From assembly GCA_964514585.1 (NCBI GenBank), contig CAZETU010000002.1:129486-193485 (forward strand): a DNA stretch of 64,000 nucleotides, written 5' to 3'. Below are positions 42,181-52,202 of the stretch, piece after piece. Source of the DNA: Candidatus Woesearchaeota archaeon (GTDB taxonomy: Archaea > Nanobdellota > Nanobdellia > Pacearchaeales > GW2011-AR1). The notes under the pieces are model-generated. The model saw nothing but the letters and a program-made list of their open reading frames with translations, ran no database searches and was not told the DNA's origin. Each line of letters begins with the position of its first letter. The first letter of the stretch is position 1. The translations under genes were made by a program, and so were the position numbers.

Positions 42181-42739
42181 GGAAGTAAATAATTATAGGG
42201 TTAGAGAAGGACTTTTGGAAAGGTCTGTTTCTAAAGTTAAAGGTTTTGGTAGGGCTGTTAAAGATGAGGTAACTTCGAAAGAATATTGGGTTGATACTTT
42301 GACTGGTACTTCTTTTTGGGCGCCGATGATGACGGTTAATGAAAAAATTTTTCAGGGTTGGCTTTATGATGATCCTTCCAGTTGGGATGAAATTGGTGCT
42401 GCTCGTTTGACTGGTTTTGGGATTGCTCTTCTTGTTAGCAGACGTCTTACTAGGTTTAGGGACTATTGGAAGGAGAAGGTTTTCAAAGTGAACAAGGATA
42501 GTTCTAAGATAAGAGATGTCGCTGCGGATTTGAGTCTGGCGTTGACGTTGATTCCTGGGATTTATACTACTAGTCTTTTGTTGGCTGGCGAAAGTTGGAG
42601 TGAAGTTGGTCAAATGGTTCCTACTGGAAGCGCTATTCAGGTGGGGGTGGCAATGGTTTATGTACGGTATTTGAATGCGTCTAGGCGATTTTTTGGGACG
42701 ACTCCGGATTATCTTTTGAATGAAAATGGGAAAGTTTAA
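42173..42739 (+). CDS. hypothetical membrane protein (188 aa)
   Basis: ATG at 42173 overlaps the helicase stop by 8 nt. The upstream part of the 277-aa track ORF is an out-of-frame shadow of the helicase tail. Confidence 0.5.
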   Translation: MDREVNNYRVREGLLERSVSKVKGFGRAVKDEVTSKEYWVDTLTGTSFWAPMMTVNEKIFQGWLYDDPSSWDEIGAARLTGFGIALLVSRRLTRFRDYWKEKVFKVNKDSSKIRDVAADLSLALTLIPGIYTTSLLLAGESWSEVGQMVPTGSAIQVGVAMVYVRYLNASRRFFGTTPDYLLNENGKV

Positions 42740-42763
42740 ATTTTAGTTTGTTGTTGGATTTTT

Positions 42764-43261
42764 ATGGTTAAGATAATTATTGTTGATGAGGATGATAATG
42801 AAATTGGTTTGAAGGAGAGAGGGACTTTGGATGATTCTGATATTTATCGGGTTTCGTCTTTGTGGATTGAGAATTCTAATGACGATATTCTTTTAGCACA
42901 AAGAAGTTTCTCAAAAAAGAAACATCCTGGAAAGTGGGGGCCGGCTGTTGCTGGGACTGTTGATGAGGGTGAGAGTTATGAGGATAATATAATCAAGGAA
43001 GCTGAGGAGGAAATAGGTTTGAAGGATGTTGAGTTTGTGAAGGGTCGAAAGGTAAGGGTTAGAGGAAAATATAATTATTTTAGGCAAATGTTTTTGTTTA
43101 CTACGGATATGAGTATCGATGAATTTGTTATTCAGGAGAATGAGGTTGAGAAAATTAGGTGGTTTAGTCGGGAGAAATTAAAGAAAGAGTTTGAGAAAAA
43201 TCCAGATAGTTTTATTGATGTGGTTGGGGAGCTTTTGAAAGATTCTACTGAATCACAATAA
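42764..43261 (+). CDS. NUDIX hydrolase
   Basis: Nudix box GTVDEGESYEDNIIKEAEEEIGL. Confidence 0.8.
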   Translation: MVKIIIVDEDDNEIGLKERGTLDDSDIYRVSSLWIENSNDDILLAQRSFSKKKHPGKWGPAVAGTVDEGESYEDNIIKEAEEEIGLKDVEFVKGRKVRVRGKYNYFRQMFLFTTDMSIDEFVIQENEVEKIRWFSREKLKKEFEKNPDSFIDVVGELLKDSTESQ

Positions 43262-43292
43262 TTCTTATAAAGATTTTTGGGCGTTTTTTGGG

Positions 43293-45011
43293 ATGAAGAA
43301 AGAGTTGATGAGGTTTGTGTTGGATAATGACTTAAGTCCGTTTAGTTCTGGAAAGAGTTTATTGAAGACAAAGGGTAATTCGATTTTTAAGACGCGGGAT
43401 GCTAAGGCGATTCATACAAAAGTTTTGGGGAAGATTTCTTCGAAGGTTGTTTTTAGTGAGACTAGTAATCTTTGGAATTATTTCAATTTTACTTCTGATT
43501 TTGGCGAAATTAAAAAGAGGCAGGAATTTTTTGGGAGTTTGATTAAGGGAGAAAATAGTTTTTTGAAAGAGTTGGAAAAGCCTAGGCGGACTTGGAAACC
43601 GCGTTATGATATCGTTGCTGTGACTGAGGATGAGTCGACTTTTGTACAGTTGAATGAGTTGGGGTGTAGTGTTCAGTTGTTGGTTTCGCAGAATGATGTT
43701 TTGGACTTGGAGCGGTATGATATTATTCAGGTTGTGGATTGTAGCGATTTTCGGATTTTGTTGGAGCGGTTGCCGCAGACGGTTTTTATTGATTCAGTTG
43801 AGAATGTTTATCTTGAGAGGTTTTTGGAGGAGTTATCTGGGTGGCGGGATAATTATCATGTGTTGAGGCAGGGTGGAGTTTCCGAGGCTGTTAAGAGATT
43901 TTTAGATGAGTTGGGGCCGATGTTTGATTTGTTGGATAATAAGGAGGGTAAGGTAATTAGTGAGAGTGAGGTTGAGCGGGTTTTGGAGGAGATTAACGAA
44001 AAGGTTTCGGAGAAGGTTAAGGAAATGACTATTTCTGGTGAGGGGTTGATGAAAATGTTGGCTGAGGGGAAGATGCCGTTGGCGATTTTGGAAGTTGTTC
44101 AGGGGGCGATTGAGGCGAGTGGCCTCAATGAGCATATTTTTAATTTGCAAGTTCCGGTGACGATTGATTATAAGGAGTTGGAGGATCAGATTAAGAGGCA
44201 GAGCGCTTCGGAGTTTACGGATTTGGCTGAGAGAGTGAAGCGGAGTAGCGAAAAATTGAAAGGTATACCTATTATTTTGAGTCGGCTTTCGGCTTTACTT
44301 TTGGTTGAAGATTTTTGTTTGGGGGTTAGTCAATATATCTCGGATGGGATGAAATTCCCTAGTGGGAGTGAGAATTTACATATGAGTGGGGCGCGGAATA
44401 TGTTTCTTTCTAAGGCGCAGCCGATAAGTTTTCAGTTAGATAATTTTAGTCGGTGTTCGATTTTGACGGGGGCGAATAGTGGGGGGAAGACGACGCTTTT
44501 GGAGCATGTGTTGCAGAATATTACTTTGTTTCAGATGGGGTTGCCCGTGAGTGGGGAGGTTCATATGCCGATTTTTTCTGATGTTTATTATTTTGCTAAG
44601 ACTAAAGGGAGTGCTTCGAAGGGGGCGTTTGAAACTTTGTTGTCGCAGATGTCGAATATTAAACCTGGTGTTAGAAGTTTAGTTTTGGCGGATGAGATTG
44701 AGGCTGTGACTGAGCCTGGTGTTGCTGGAAAGATAATTTCAGCGACGGCGGATTATTTTATTAAGAAGAATTGTTTTATGATTTTGGCGACGCATTTGGG
44801 TTATGAGATTCAGAAAACTTTGCCTGAGGGTGCGCGGATTGATGGGATTGAGGCGAAGGGGCTGGATGAAGGGTTTAATTTGATAGTTGACCATAATCCA
44901 GTTTTGGGGAGGCTTGCTCATTCGACTCCGGAATTGATTGTTGAGAGGATGGCGAGTGTTGAGAGCGGGAGTGATTATTTTAAGCATTTGAATGAGAGTT
45001 TGAAGAAGTGA
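43293..45011 (+). CDS. MutS-family ATPase (MutS2-like, no Smr domain seen)
   Basis: Walker A TGANSGGKTTLLE and Walker B LVLADEIEAVTEP. TH motif ATHL. Confidence 0.75.
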   Translation: MKKELMRFVLDNDLSPFSSGKSLLKTKGNSIFKTRDAKAIHTKVLGKISSKVVFSETSNLWNYFNFTSDFGEIKKRQEFFGSLIKGENSFLKELEKPRRTWKPRYDIVAVTEDESTFVQLNELGCSVQLLVSQNDVLDLERYDIIQVVDCSDFRILLERLPQTVFIDSVENVYLERFLEELSGWRDNYHVLRQGGVSEAVKRFLDELGPMFDLLDNKEGKVISESEVERVLEEINEKVSEKVKEMTISGEGLMKMLAEGKMPLAILEVVQGAIEASGLNEHIFNLQVPVTIDYKELEDQIKRQSASEFTDLAERVKRSSEKLKGIPIILSRLSALLLVEDFCLGVSQYISDGMKFPSGSENLHMSGARNMFLSKAQPISFQLDNFSRCSILTGANSGGKTTLLEHVLQNITLFQMGLPVSGEVHMPIFSDVYYFAKTKGSASKGAFETLLSQMSNIKPGVRSLVLADEIEAVTEPGVAGKIISATADYFIKKNCFMILATHLGYEIQKTLPEGARIDGIEAKGLDEGFNLIVDHNPVLGRLAHSTPELIVERMASVESGSDYFKHLNESLKK

Positions 45012-45057
45012 TATGTATCGCTATAAAGCTATTATTGCTATTTTGAATTAGTATTTT

Positions 45058-45693
45058 ATGAATTTGCAGGAATATTTTTATGATCATTATGATAGCTTGA
45101 TGCCTAAGATGTGTGACGGTTATGAGAGTTTTTTGGATGTTGCTGCTGGGGTGGTTCCGAGTGGAGTTCGAAGTGTTGCGGAGTTTGGGATTGGTACGGG
45201 GAATCTTAGTCAAAGGATCCAGGGCAGAATTCCTGGGATTGAAATTTATGGGGTTGATAAAAACGAAAAGACTTTGGCGATTTCTGCCTCAAAGCTTTCA
45301 AATTTTCATCCTTATTGTAGAGATTTTTTTGATGGTGATTTTCCGCCTGCTGATTGTTTTGTTACTTCTCTTGCAATGCATCATTTGTCGACGGGCAATA
45401 GGAGAAGTCAGTTATTATCTCTTGCTGAATCTTCTAATGTGTTTGTTAATTTTGATTTTGCTTTGTTTGACGGGAGGACATATGATGATGTTATAGTTTC
45501 TTCCATGAGACATTGTGCTAAAAGTTTTGGGACTGAACAGCTTGCTTTGATTGAGAGAGAGATGAGGGCTAATGATAATTATATGTCTTTAGCTGAGCAG
45601 GTTGAATTATTTGAGTCTGGTGGTTTTGAATTTAGAATTCATGAAGTTAGAGATCCTTTTATTGTTTATAGTGTTGTTTCTAAAAATTCTTGA
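45058..45693 (+). CDS. class I SAM-dependent methyltransferase
   Basis: Motif I VAEFGIGTGNLS. Confidence 0.7.
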   Translation: MNLQEYFYDHYDSLMPKMCDGYESFLDVAAGVVPSGVRSVAEFGIGTGNLSQRIQGRIPGIEIYGVDKNEKTLAISASKLSNFHPYCRDFFDGDFPPADCFVTSLAMHHLSTGNRRSQLLSLAESSNVFVNFDFALFDGRTYDDVIVSSMRHCAKSFGTEQLALIEREMRANDNYMSLAEQVELFESGGFEFRIHEVRDPFIVYSVVSKNS

Positions 45694-46388
45694 TTGTTTC
45701 TTATTATTTGAATAATTTCTTCTGGGTTTTTTATTAAAACGTTATGGTCGCCTTTGACGAATATTAATTTAAATTTTTTTATATAGTTTATTTCTTTTGA
45801 AATGTATTCTTTGTTAATTAATTTTTCTTCTTCTGATAAGATATAAAGTATCGGGATTTCTATGTTGTGGATTTTTTCTGGTTTTAAATTACGATATTCT
45901 TCGAAATGGTTTTTTATTGCTTCAATATTTGTTGTTTTTAATCCTATTCCGCTGATTTGATTGGAATCTAAATCTTTGAAGTTGTTGTAGTCTATTTCTT
46001 TTTGTTCTTCAAATATTTTTTTTGACATGTCTTCCATTGTTTTTCCCATAGCTTCCCAATCTATATCTGGGTTCGTTTCTTTTGGGTTTGACAAAGGGGA
46101 ATTTAGCATTATTATTGATTTTACGTTTTTACTTTCGATTGCATATTCAGTTGCGAGTGTTCCTCCGAATGAATTTCCGAATATGATTGGGTCGATGAGG
46201 TTTCTTTTTTTTATTTCTCTTCTTAGAAATTCTAATGGGTTTTCTATTTTCGTGTTTATTCCATGTCCTGGCAAGTCTAAAGAGAGAGTTTGAAAGTTAC
46301 TTTCTTCCAATTTTCTTCCAATTTTCTTAAAGATACTTTTGTTTTGAAAATCTCCATGTAAGAAAATTATTGTTTTTGGATTTTCCAT
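45666..46388 (-). CDS. alpha/beta hydrolase
   Basis: IIFLHGD, nucleophile elbow GNSFGG and a C-terminal GDHN. Confidence 0.7.
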   Translation of the reverse strand: MENPKTIIFLHGDFQNKSIFKKIGRKLEESNFQTLSLDLPGHGINTKIENPLEFLRREIKKRNLIDPIIFGNSFGGTLATEYAIESKNVKSIIMLNSPLSNPKETNPDIDWEAMGKTMEDMSKKIFEEQKEIDYNNFKDLDSNQISGIGLKTTNIEAIKNHFEEYRNLKPEKIHNIEIPILYILSEEEKLINKEYISKEINYIKKFKLIFVKGDHNVLIKNPEEIIQIIRNNQEFLETTL

Positions 46389-46455
46389 ATTAACTAATCA
46401 CTTTTACCAATATAAGCTTTTTGTTTAATGCCGGTATTTCTCTCTTGTTATTTTT

Positions 46456-47145
46456 ATGGGAAACTCTTTAAAACGCAATAAGCTTTTATTCGTCATGTGG
46501 GTTGCTAAGGTTCGTTTCGATGGTAGTACTTCTTTGTTTGGGAAGAATGCTAAAAAATATTCTGTTTCGTTGTCAGGATATCCAGTTTCTTATTATAAAT
46601 TTAGGGATCATATTCGAGTTTGTTTTGCTGGTTGTCTTTATGGGGGGGAAAGAAATAAGAAAGCTATGGAAAAGGCGCTGCGTAAGAGTTCTAGGATTTT
46701 TAATTTGGAGATAACTAATGATTTTATTTTAGGTGAGATTAGAGAGTCTTTGGAGTTTGATGCTGTTTATGAGTATAAATTAATTCATGTTGATCCAATT
46801 GTTGTTACTGAGGACGGTATTGAGTATTGGACATTGGGTAGTTGGAATAAAGATAATCTTCTTAATTTTCTTAATCTTGTTGAGAGAAAGTGTGATATTG
46901 AGTTGTTGGGAATTTTTCAGCGTAATATAGATAATTTTTCCATTTTATCTATTCAGCCAAGTTTGACTGATAAGCAAAAGCTTGCTATGGATCTTGCGAT
47001 AAAGCATGGATATTATGAATATCCTAGGAAATGCTCTGTCGAAATACTTGCGAGAATCTCGAAAATTTCTTTTTCTACTTTTCATGCTCATCTTAGAAAG
47101 GCTGAACAGAAGCTTTTGCCGTCGCTGTTTAGGAGGACGAAGTAG
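46456..47145 (+). CDS. Bat-type (HTH_10) transcriptional regulator
   Basis: C-terminal LTDKQKLAMDLAIKHGYYEYPRKCSVEILARISKISFSTFHAHLRKAEQKLL. The start may be the internal ATG at 46495. Confidence 0.7.
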   Translation: MGNSLKRNKLLFVMWVAKVRFDGSTSLFGKNAKKYSVSLSGYPVSYYKFRDHIRVCFAGCLYGGERNKKAMEKALRKSSRIFNLEITNDFILGEIRESLEFDAVYEYKLIHVDPIVVTEDGIEYWTLGSWNKDNLLNFLNLVERKCDIELLGIFQRNIDNFSILSIQPSLTDKQKLAMDLAIKHGYYEYPRKCSVEILARISKISFSTFHAHLRKAEQKLLPSLFRRTK

Positions 47146-47178
47146 TTTTTGGTGGGATACATATCGTTTATTGTCCTA

Positions 47179-47196
47179 GATATATATCGCCTGAAG
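47179..47196 (+). promoter_or_regulatory. 18-bp motif GATATATATCGCCTGAAG, copy 1
   Basis: Exact repeat of 47719-47736. Lies 45 nt upstream of the ATG at 47241. Confidence 0.6.
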
Positions 47197-47240
47197 TCTT
47201 ATATAATTTTGTATTTGTTATCTAATTTAGGTGATAACAA

Positions 47241-47696
47241 ATGGACGAAGCTTTAGATTTTTTGCAAAGAATGTATCTTCCGGGATATATGGTAGTTGAG
47301 GATTGTACTTGTTCTTCGGGGTCTGCTCGTTTTACTGCTAGGCCTGTTGAGCCTCAGGTTACGGCTCTTTCTGATGAATATCTTACTCCTCGAGGAGGTC
47401 ATATTATTTTGTCTCAAATGTTATACTTGGCTTTTCAGGATATGATGGTTGGAGAAGGTCGTCGTGATAATGGAGTTCTTGAAAATTTGGGATTTGCCGG
47501 ACAGTTAGTTTTGACTGGTTTAAATTATAGGTTTAAGAAAAAAATACCTCTTGATGAAAATATTCCTGGAGAAATAAGATTGACTCGATTTCGTCCGGGT
47601 AGCCATCCTGTATTTTATTATGATTTTGATCTTGCGAATGGTTCAGTAGTGGGGAGTACTAGGGGGATGGTGGCACCTCTAAGATCTGAGGGCTAA
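47241..47696 (+). CDS. hypothetical protein (151 aa)
   Basis: ORF track only. Confidence 0.5.
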   Translation: MDEALDFLQRMYLPGYMVVEDCTCSSGSARFTARPVEPQVTALSDEYLTPRGGHIILSQMLYLAFQDMMVGEGRRDNGVLENLGFAGQLVLTGLNYRFKKKIPLDENIPGEIRLTRFRPGSHPVFYYDFDLANGSVVGSTRGMVAPLRSEG

Positions 47697-47718
47697 CTAT
47701 ACAATTTGCCGAATAGGG

Positions 47719-47736
47719 GATATATATCGCCTGAAG
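47719..47736 (+). promoter_or_regulatory. 18-bp motif GATATATATCGCCTGAAG, copy 2
   Basis: Exact repeat of 47179-47196. Lies 31 nt upstream of the ATG at 47767. Confidence 0.6.
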
Positions 47737-47766
47737 CTATATCTATCTTAGTTTCTACTGTATTGC

Positions 47767-47949
47767 ATGGGAGATAAGGGTGTTATTGAGGAGCTTGGGA
47801 ATTCTATTGACGGCTTGATGCATCTTGTTGATTTTGGGGTTAAGTTTTCAGCAAAGGAATTTTCTTTGTTGGTTAGTTGTTTTGAATGTCTTGATCGTCG
47901 TGTTCTTGGGAGCATTGAGTTTAATGGGTTGTTGGATGTAAGGGGTTGA
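47767..47949 (+). CDS. small hypothetical protein (60 aa)
   Basis: ORF track. Sits behind the second copy of the 18-bp motif. Confidence 0.35.
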   Translation: MGDKGVIEELGNSIDGLMHLVDFGVKFSAKEFSLLVSCFECLDRRVLGSIEFNGLLDVRG

Positions 47950-47990
47950 TTTTTGACAACCTTTATAAAATTCTTTGTTATGTTATTTTA

Positions 47991-50405
47991 ATGAGAGGTA
48001 TTGCGTTAATTTTTTCTTTAATTTTTTCTTTAATTGTAATTGTTTTTGGTGTTTGGTTTATAGGTGGGGATTCTGATAATCGTTTTTTGGAGGATCCTGA
48101 TATAGTGAGTTTTGATTTGAATGAAAACGAAGATGTGGCTTATGTCAAATTTAATTTGGATGAGAATAAAGGAGTGCCTAATAAAATTAAGTTTATTTTT
48201 AGAGATGGTGTTAATGATTTTGTTTATGAGACTGATTTTGATGGAAATGGATTTTTTTATGAAGGTAAGGAGTATGATTATTTGATTTCTTTGAGTGATT
48301 TGAGTGTTACCTCTTTTGATTCTTTTGATTCTCTGGAAGTTCTTTTTGGTTATGTGGACGAAAGTGACGAAAGTGAGAGTGATAAAAATGAAGTTGTGGT
48401 TTTTGATAAATCAGATAGTTCGGGTGGCACTACTAGTTCTGGAGGTTCGGGTAATTCTGGAGGTTCTAATGATATTAAAGAGAGCGATGACTGTGTTGTG
48501 GACTGCGAAAATAAAAGTTGTGGCGACGATGGTTGTGATGGGAGTTGTGATGAGTGTAATTCTAGTTTTGTTTGTGACTTTTCTGGTAGTTGTGTTTTGG
48601 AGGATTTGTGTAATGATACTTGTTCTAGTATTGGAAGAGAGTGTGGTTTTTATGAGATTTGTGGTGTACGGGAAGATTGTGGACCTTGTAATGATGGGTA
48701 TAGTTGTGACGAGGGTGTTTGTGTTAAGGAGGTTACTCCGCCCGTTTGTGTTCCTAATGTTTGTAGTACAACTGACTGTGGTGTTATTAGTGACGGTTGC
48801 GACTCTGTGATTGATTGTGGGGATTGTGAAGTTATTTTGGGTGATGTTTTTTATGTTTCTGTTGGTGGAAGCGGGAATCGTGATGGTTCTAGTATTGGCA
48901 ATTCTATGAGTATTGGGTCTTCGCAGAGTTATGCTTCGAATAATCCGTCGACGGCTTTAATATTTATTTTGGCTGGTGGTAATTATGGAGATTTGATTTT
49001 TTCTGGAGTTCAGAGGAGTGCGTGGGCAACGTGGATGACAAATGGTGGTGCTAGTCTTAGGTTTACTAGGTTGAAGGTTGAAAATTCTGAGGGTGCTTAC
49101 TTGAGATTTGTTGGTTTGAATATTGAGCATCCTGTGCCTAGTCCGATGCCGGCTGATGATGGGCATAGGCATTATAGTGCTTTGGGTGATTTAGTTGAGT
49201 TTAGGGATTCGAGTTATGTTGAGTTGAAGGATAGTTTGATTAAGGGTTACAATAAGTATCTTTCTCAGATGGGTGTGGAAATTTATAATTCTGATTATAT
49301 TACTGTTGAGGATTGTGAAGTGACTAATACTGTTCGAGGGTTTATGATTCAGGGAGGGAGTAATAATGCGCGGATTATTGGTAATTATTTGCATCATGTT
49401 TCTGAGGGTTCTGGTATAAGATTCCAAAGTGGGAGTGATGGTGGGATTGCGGTTGGTAATATTCTTTATTATCAACAGGGTAGTGGGAATGAGCCATACT
49501 TTCCTGATAATGATAATGTTGTTTGGCATCCTGGTAGTGCGATTTCTATTCGATCTGATGGGTTGACGATTGTTAATAATGTGATTCATGGTGGATATTC
49601 TCAAGGGTTAATGTTTTATACGGATGGTCAGGCGACTTATGATAATATGTTGGTTGAAGGAAATGTTTTTTATGATACTGGGAGGATTGCTTTGTATCAG
49701 TGTGGTAGGAATGTAACGGTTCGTGATAATACGATTATTGGGGATGTTCGACTTGATAGGTTGACTAATTGGCCTAGCGTTAGACAAAGGTATGATGCTG
49801 CTGGGGCGTATTTGTCTGTTATGACGAGGGGTGGAAGTGATCTTTCTACAATTAGTGTTTATAATAATCTTGGAATGGCCGTTAGACATCCTGATGGTTC
49901 TACTTTTGGGAGGAACATTAAATGGGGCTGTGCGAGCGGAAGTGACTTTTTTGTTTTTTGTTATGATGGCTCGAAATATCATGGTTATCCTAATTTCTAT
50001 GAAGATACGGGATTTTATTGGGGCACTCCTGAGTGGAATTATGCCGATGATGGTTTGCAACAATTGTTTGTCGACGATGATGTTGGGTATTGTTATGGGA
50101 CTTCTTGTGGTGGTGATGAGTTTAAGACTTTTGATTTTAGGCCGTTGATTACTTCGGTTGTTTGTAATGGGGGATATTTGCATGGGGATAGGGTTTTGAG
50201 TTGGGCTGTTCCTGGGGAGGTTGCTAGTGGGGCATTGAGTTGTGCTTGTAGGGCGACTAGTGAGTGTGTTGAGGTTTTGGGAAGTGGGTATACTTGTGAT
50301 TCTAGTGGAAGTTGTGTTGGTGGTGTGCCCGTGACTGGGAATGTTGTTTGGGAAATTGAAGATGGATTTTCTTTGATTGAATGGGTTAAGGGGTTGATTC
50401 GGTAG
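47991..50405 (+). CDS. large secreted protein: Cys-rich module plus a right-handed parallel beta-helix domain
   Basis: MRGIALIFSLIFSLIVIVFGVWFIG signal/anchor. A ~130-aa Cys/Asp/Gly-rich stretch. Repeats such as IIGNYLHHVSEGSGIRF and VNNVIHGGYSQGLMF are typical of beta-helix proteins. A TTTATAAAA box lies 25 nt before the ATG at 47991. Confidence 0.7.
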   Translation: MRGIALIFSLIFSLIVIVFGVWFIGGDSDNRFLEDPDIVSFDLNENEDVAYVKFNLDENKGVPNKIKFIFRDGVNDFVYETDFDGNGFFYEGKEYDYLISLSDLSVTSFDSFDSLEVLFGYVDESDESESDKNEVVVFDKSDSSGGTTSSGGSGNSGGSNDIKESDDCVVDCENKSCGDDGCDGSCDECNSSFVCDFSGSCVLEDLCNDTCSSIGRECGFYEICGVREDCGPCNDGYSCDEGVCVKEVTPPVCVPNVCSTTDCGVISDGCDSVIDCGDCEVILGDVFYVSVGGSGNRDGSSIGNSMSIGSSQSYASNNPSTALIFILAGGNYGDLIFSGVQRSAWATWMTNGGASLRFTRLKVENSEGAYLRFVGLNIEHPVPSPMPADDGHRHYSALGDLVEFRDSSYVELKDSLIKGYNKYLSQMGVEIYNSDYITVEDCEVTNTVRGFMIQGGSNNARIIGNYLHHVSEGSGIRFQSGSDGGIAVGNILYYQQGSGNEPYFPDNDNVVWHPGSAISIRSDGLTIVNNVIHGGYSQGLMFYTDGQATYDNMLVEGNVFYDTGRIALYQCGRNVTVRDNTIIGDVRLDRLTNWPSVRQRYDAAGAYLSVMTRGGSDLSTISVYNNLGMAVRHPDGSTFGRNIKWGCASGSDFFVFCYDGSKYHGYPNFYEDTGFYWGTPEWNYADDGLQQLFVDDDVGYCYGTSCGGDEFKTFDFRPLITSVVCNGGYLHGDRVLSWAVPGEVASGALSCACRATSECVEVLGSGYTCDSSGSCVGGVPVTGNVVWEIEDGFSLIEWVKGLIR

Positions 50406-50435
50406 ATATTTAATGTGAGTTTTGTTTTTGTTTCT

Positions 50436-51440
50436 ATGAGAGTTCGTTATAGTTTTGGGTCGCGGCATACTGGTCGGATTGCGAATATTAAGAAGCAGCG
50501 GGGGAAGTATCCGGATGTTATGAAGGATGTAGTTAGAATTTCGGATATTGTTTTGGAGATTTTGGATGCGCGGTATATTGAGGAGACGCGGAATTTGGAG
50601 GTTGAGGCGGATGTTTTGGCGAAGGGGAAGAAGTTGATTTATATTTTGAATAAAGTTGATTTGGTTGATTCTAGGAAGCTGGAGATTGAATTGCCGAGGG
50701 AGATGAAGCCTTATGTTTTTGTTTCGGCGACTAAGGGGATTGGGCTTGGCGAGATTAAGTCGCGGATTAAGATGGAGGCGAAGAGGATTTTGAGTGTTAG
50801 GAAGAATGATGAGGTTGAGGTTGAGAAAGTAGTCAAGAAGAAGAAAGAGGAGAAGGGAGCTAAGAAGAAAAAAGACGAGAGCGTTGTTAAGGATATGAGG
50901 GGAGCTAAGCGGGTTCACGTTGGGGTTATTGGGTATCCGAATGCGGGGAAGTCTTCTGTGATTAATTTTATAACTCGGCGTGGTGTGGCTAAGACGGCGA
51001 AACAGGCGGGTTTTACGAGGGGGATGCAGAAGATTCGGATGAGTGAGGATATTTTGATTTTGGATACGCCGGGGGTTATTCCTGATGCTAAGTATTCGAC
51101 TGAGGTGAAAACTTTTGCGAGGGATGTGAAAGTTGGGGCGCGGACTTATAGTGATGTGAAGGATCCTGATGATATGATTGCTTATTTGATGACGGCGCCT
51201 GAGCCCGAAGATGCGGAGAATGTGACGGATGAGGAGAAGAAGGCGGTAAAGGAAGCTGAGAAGAATGCGAAGGCGATTGAGGAATTTTATGGGATTGATG
51301 CTAAGGGAGATAGTGAGGTTTTGATTGAGAAGTTGGGACGGCGGAAGAATTTTTTGAAGAAAGGTGGGGTTATTGATACTGATAGAGCGGCTCGGTTGGT
51401 TTTGAGGGATTGGCAAGAAGGGGCGATTAAGGTTAGGTGA
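50436..51440 (+). CDS. circularly permuted GTPase (YlqF/RbgA-Nug-like) with a K/E-rich insert
   Basis: G4 LNKVDLV precedes G1 GYPNAGKSSVIN and G3 DTPGV. Confidence 0.75.
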   Translation: MRVRYSFGSRHTGRIANIKKQRGKYPDVMKDVVRISDIVLEILDARYIEETRNLEVEADVLAKGKKLIYILNKVDLVDSRKLEIELPREMKPYVFVSATKGIGLGEIKSRIKMEAKRILSVRKNDEVEVEKVVKKKKEEKGAKKKKDESVVKDMRGAKRVHVGVIGYPNAGKSSVINFITRRGVAKTAKQAGFTRGMQKIRMSEDILILDTPGVIPDAKYSTEVKTFARDVKVGARTYSDVKDPDDMIAYLMTAPEPEDAENVTDEEKKAVKEAEKNAKAIEEFYGIDAKGDSEVLIEKLGRRKNFLKKGGVIDTDRAARLVLRDWQEGAIKVR

Positions 51441-51640
51441 TGGTCGAGGAAGAGATTGGGCAGAGAGTTTTTGAACAAGTTATGAATATCTGGGCTATTC
51501 CAGAAATGGAAAAGAGAAGGAAAGATGGAATATTAAAGGATGGATTTGAAATTAGGAGGGTTCAAGTTATTTTTACATTAGGTAAATCTCCAGAGATTAA
51601 ATTTAATGGAGATGTGGTGTTACAGCAATGGCTAAGGTAA
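51437..51640 (+). CDS. small hypothetical protein (67 aa)
   Basis: GTGATG start overlaps the GTPase stop. Overlaps the next ORF by 13 nt in another frame. Confidence 0.4.
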   Translation: MMVEEEIGQRVFEQVMNIWAIPEMEKRRKDGILKDGFEIRRVQVIFTLGKSPEIKFNGDVVLQQWLR

Positions 51641-52155
51641 CTAGAGATATTATTAAAGGCGAAGAAGTAAAGTATTCAGATATTGAAAATATTGAGAAAT
51701 TTATTGTTGATTATCCTTCTGATTCAGGACATATAACTTTGTTTAGATTTTTGGATAGGTGGATTATTATCTTTGATGCTAGATATAATAAAGAAAGAAT
51801 AAAGGAATTAATTAAACGTTCTAAGGAATATTATGAAAGTGCAAAATCTGATTTAAATAAAAATAGATTAAGGCCTTTTTATGAAAATTGTTGGAATTCG
51901 GCAGAGCTGTCTGCTGTCTGTCATTCATTGGGTATTGGTGGAAAGATTGAGGGTCATGGAAAAAATATAAAGAATTTTGTCAAGTGGAGTGAATTAAAAA
52001 ATGTAGATAAAAAACATGCAGATATTTTATCTCGATTAAATAATCTAAGGAGATTAAAATATGATTGTTCGACGGGAACCGAAGAAGACCCAGAGATATT
52101 TTTGAAATCTACAGAGAAGATGATTGAAGAAGTGGAGAAGACGATAAGAGACTGA
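51628..52155 (+). CDS. hypothetical protein (175 aa), possibly a HEPN-like helical C-terminal half
   Basis: Low-GC ORF. The helical region SKEYYESAKSDL...NSAELSAVCHSLG...LNNLRRLKYD is only weakly HEPN-like. Confidence 0.45.
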   Translation: MAKVTRDIIKGEEVKYSDIENIEKFIVDYPSDSGHITLFRFLDRWIIIFDARYNKERIKELIKRSKEYYESAKSDLNKNRLRPFYENCWNSAELSAVCHSLGIGGKIEGHGKNIKNFVKWSELKNVDKKHADILSRLNNLRRLKYDCSTGTEEDPEIFLKSTEKMIEEVEKTIRD

Positions 52156-52202
52156 GATTGGGAGATGGAATAATTTAAATAGTTGTTTTTATATTTTATT
52201 TT

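Noticed and set aside
49608-51416. 602-aa minus-strand ORF antisense to the beta-helix and GTPase genes. Similar long antisense ORFs lie at 57387..58874, 10376..11296, 14697..15515, 15540..16187, 8916..9722, 41020..41934, 5489..6079 and 17301..17891.
   Set aside because: All have extreme low-complexity N/I/L/R/P/S-rich translations. They mirror well-supported sense genes. The G+T-rich, C-poor coding strand simply lacks stop codons on its complement.
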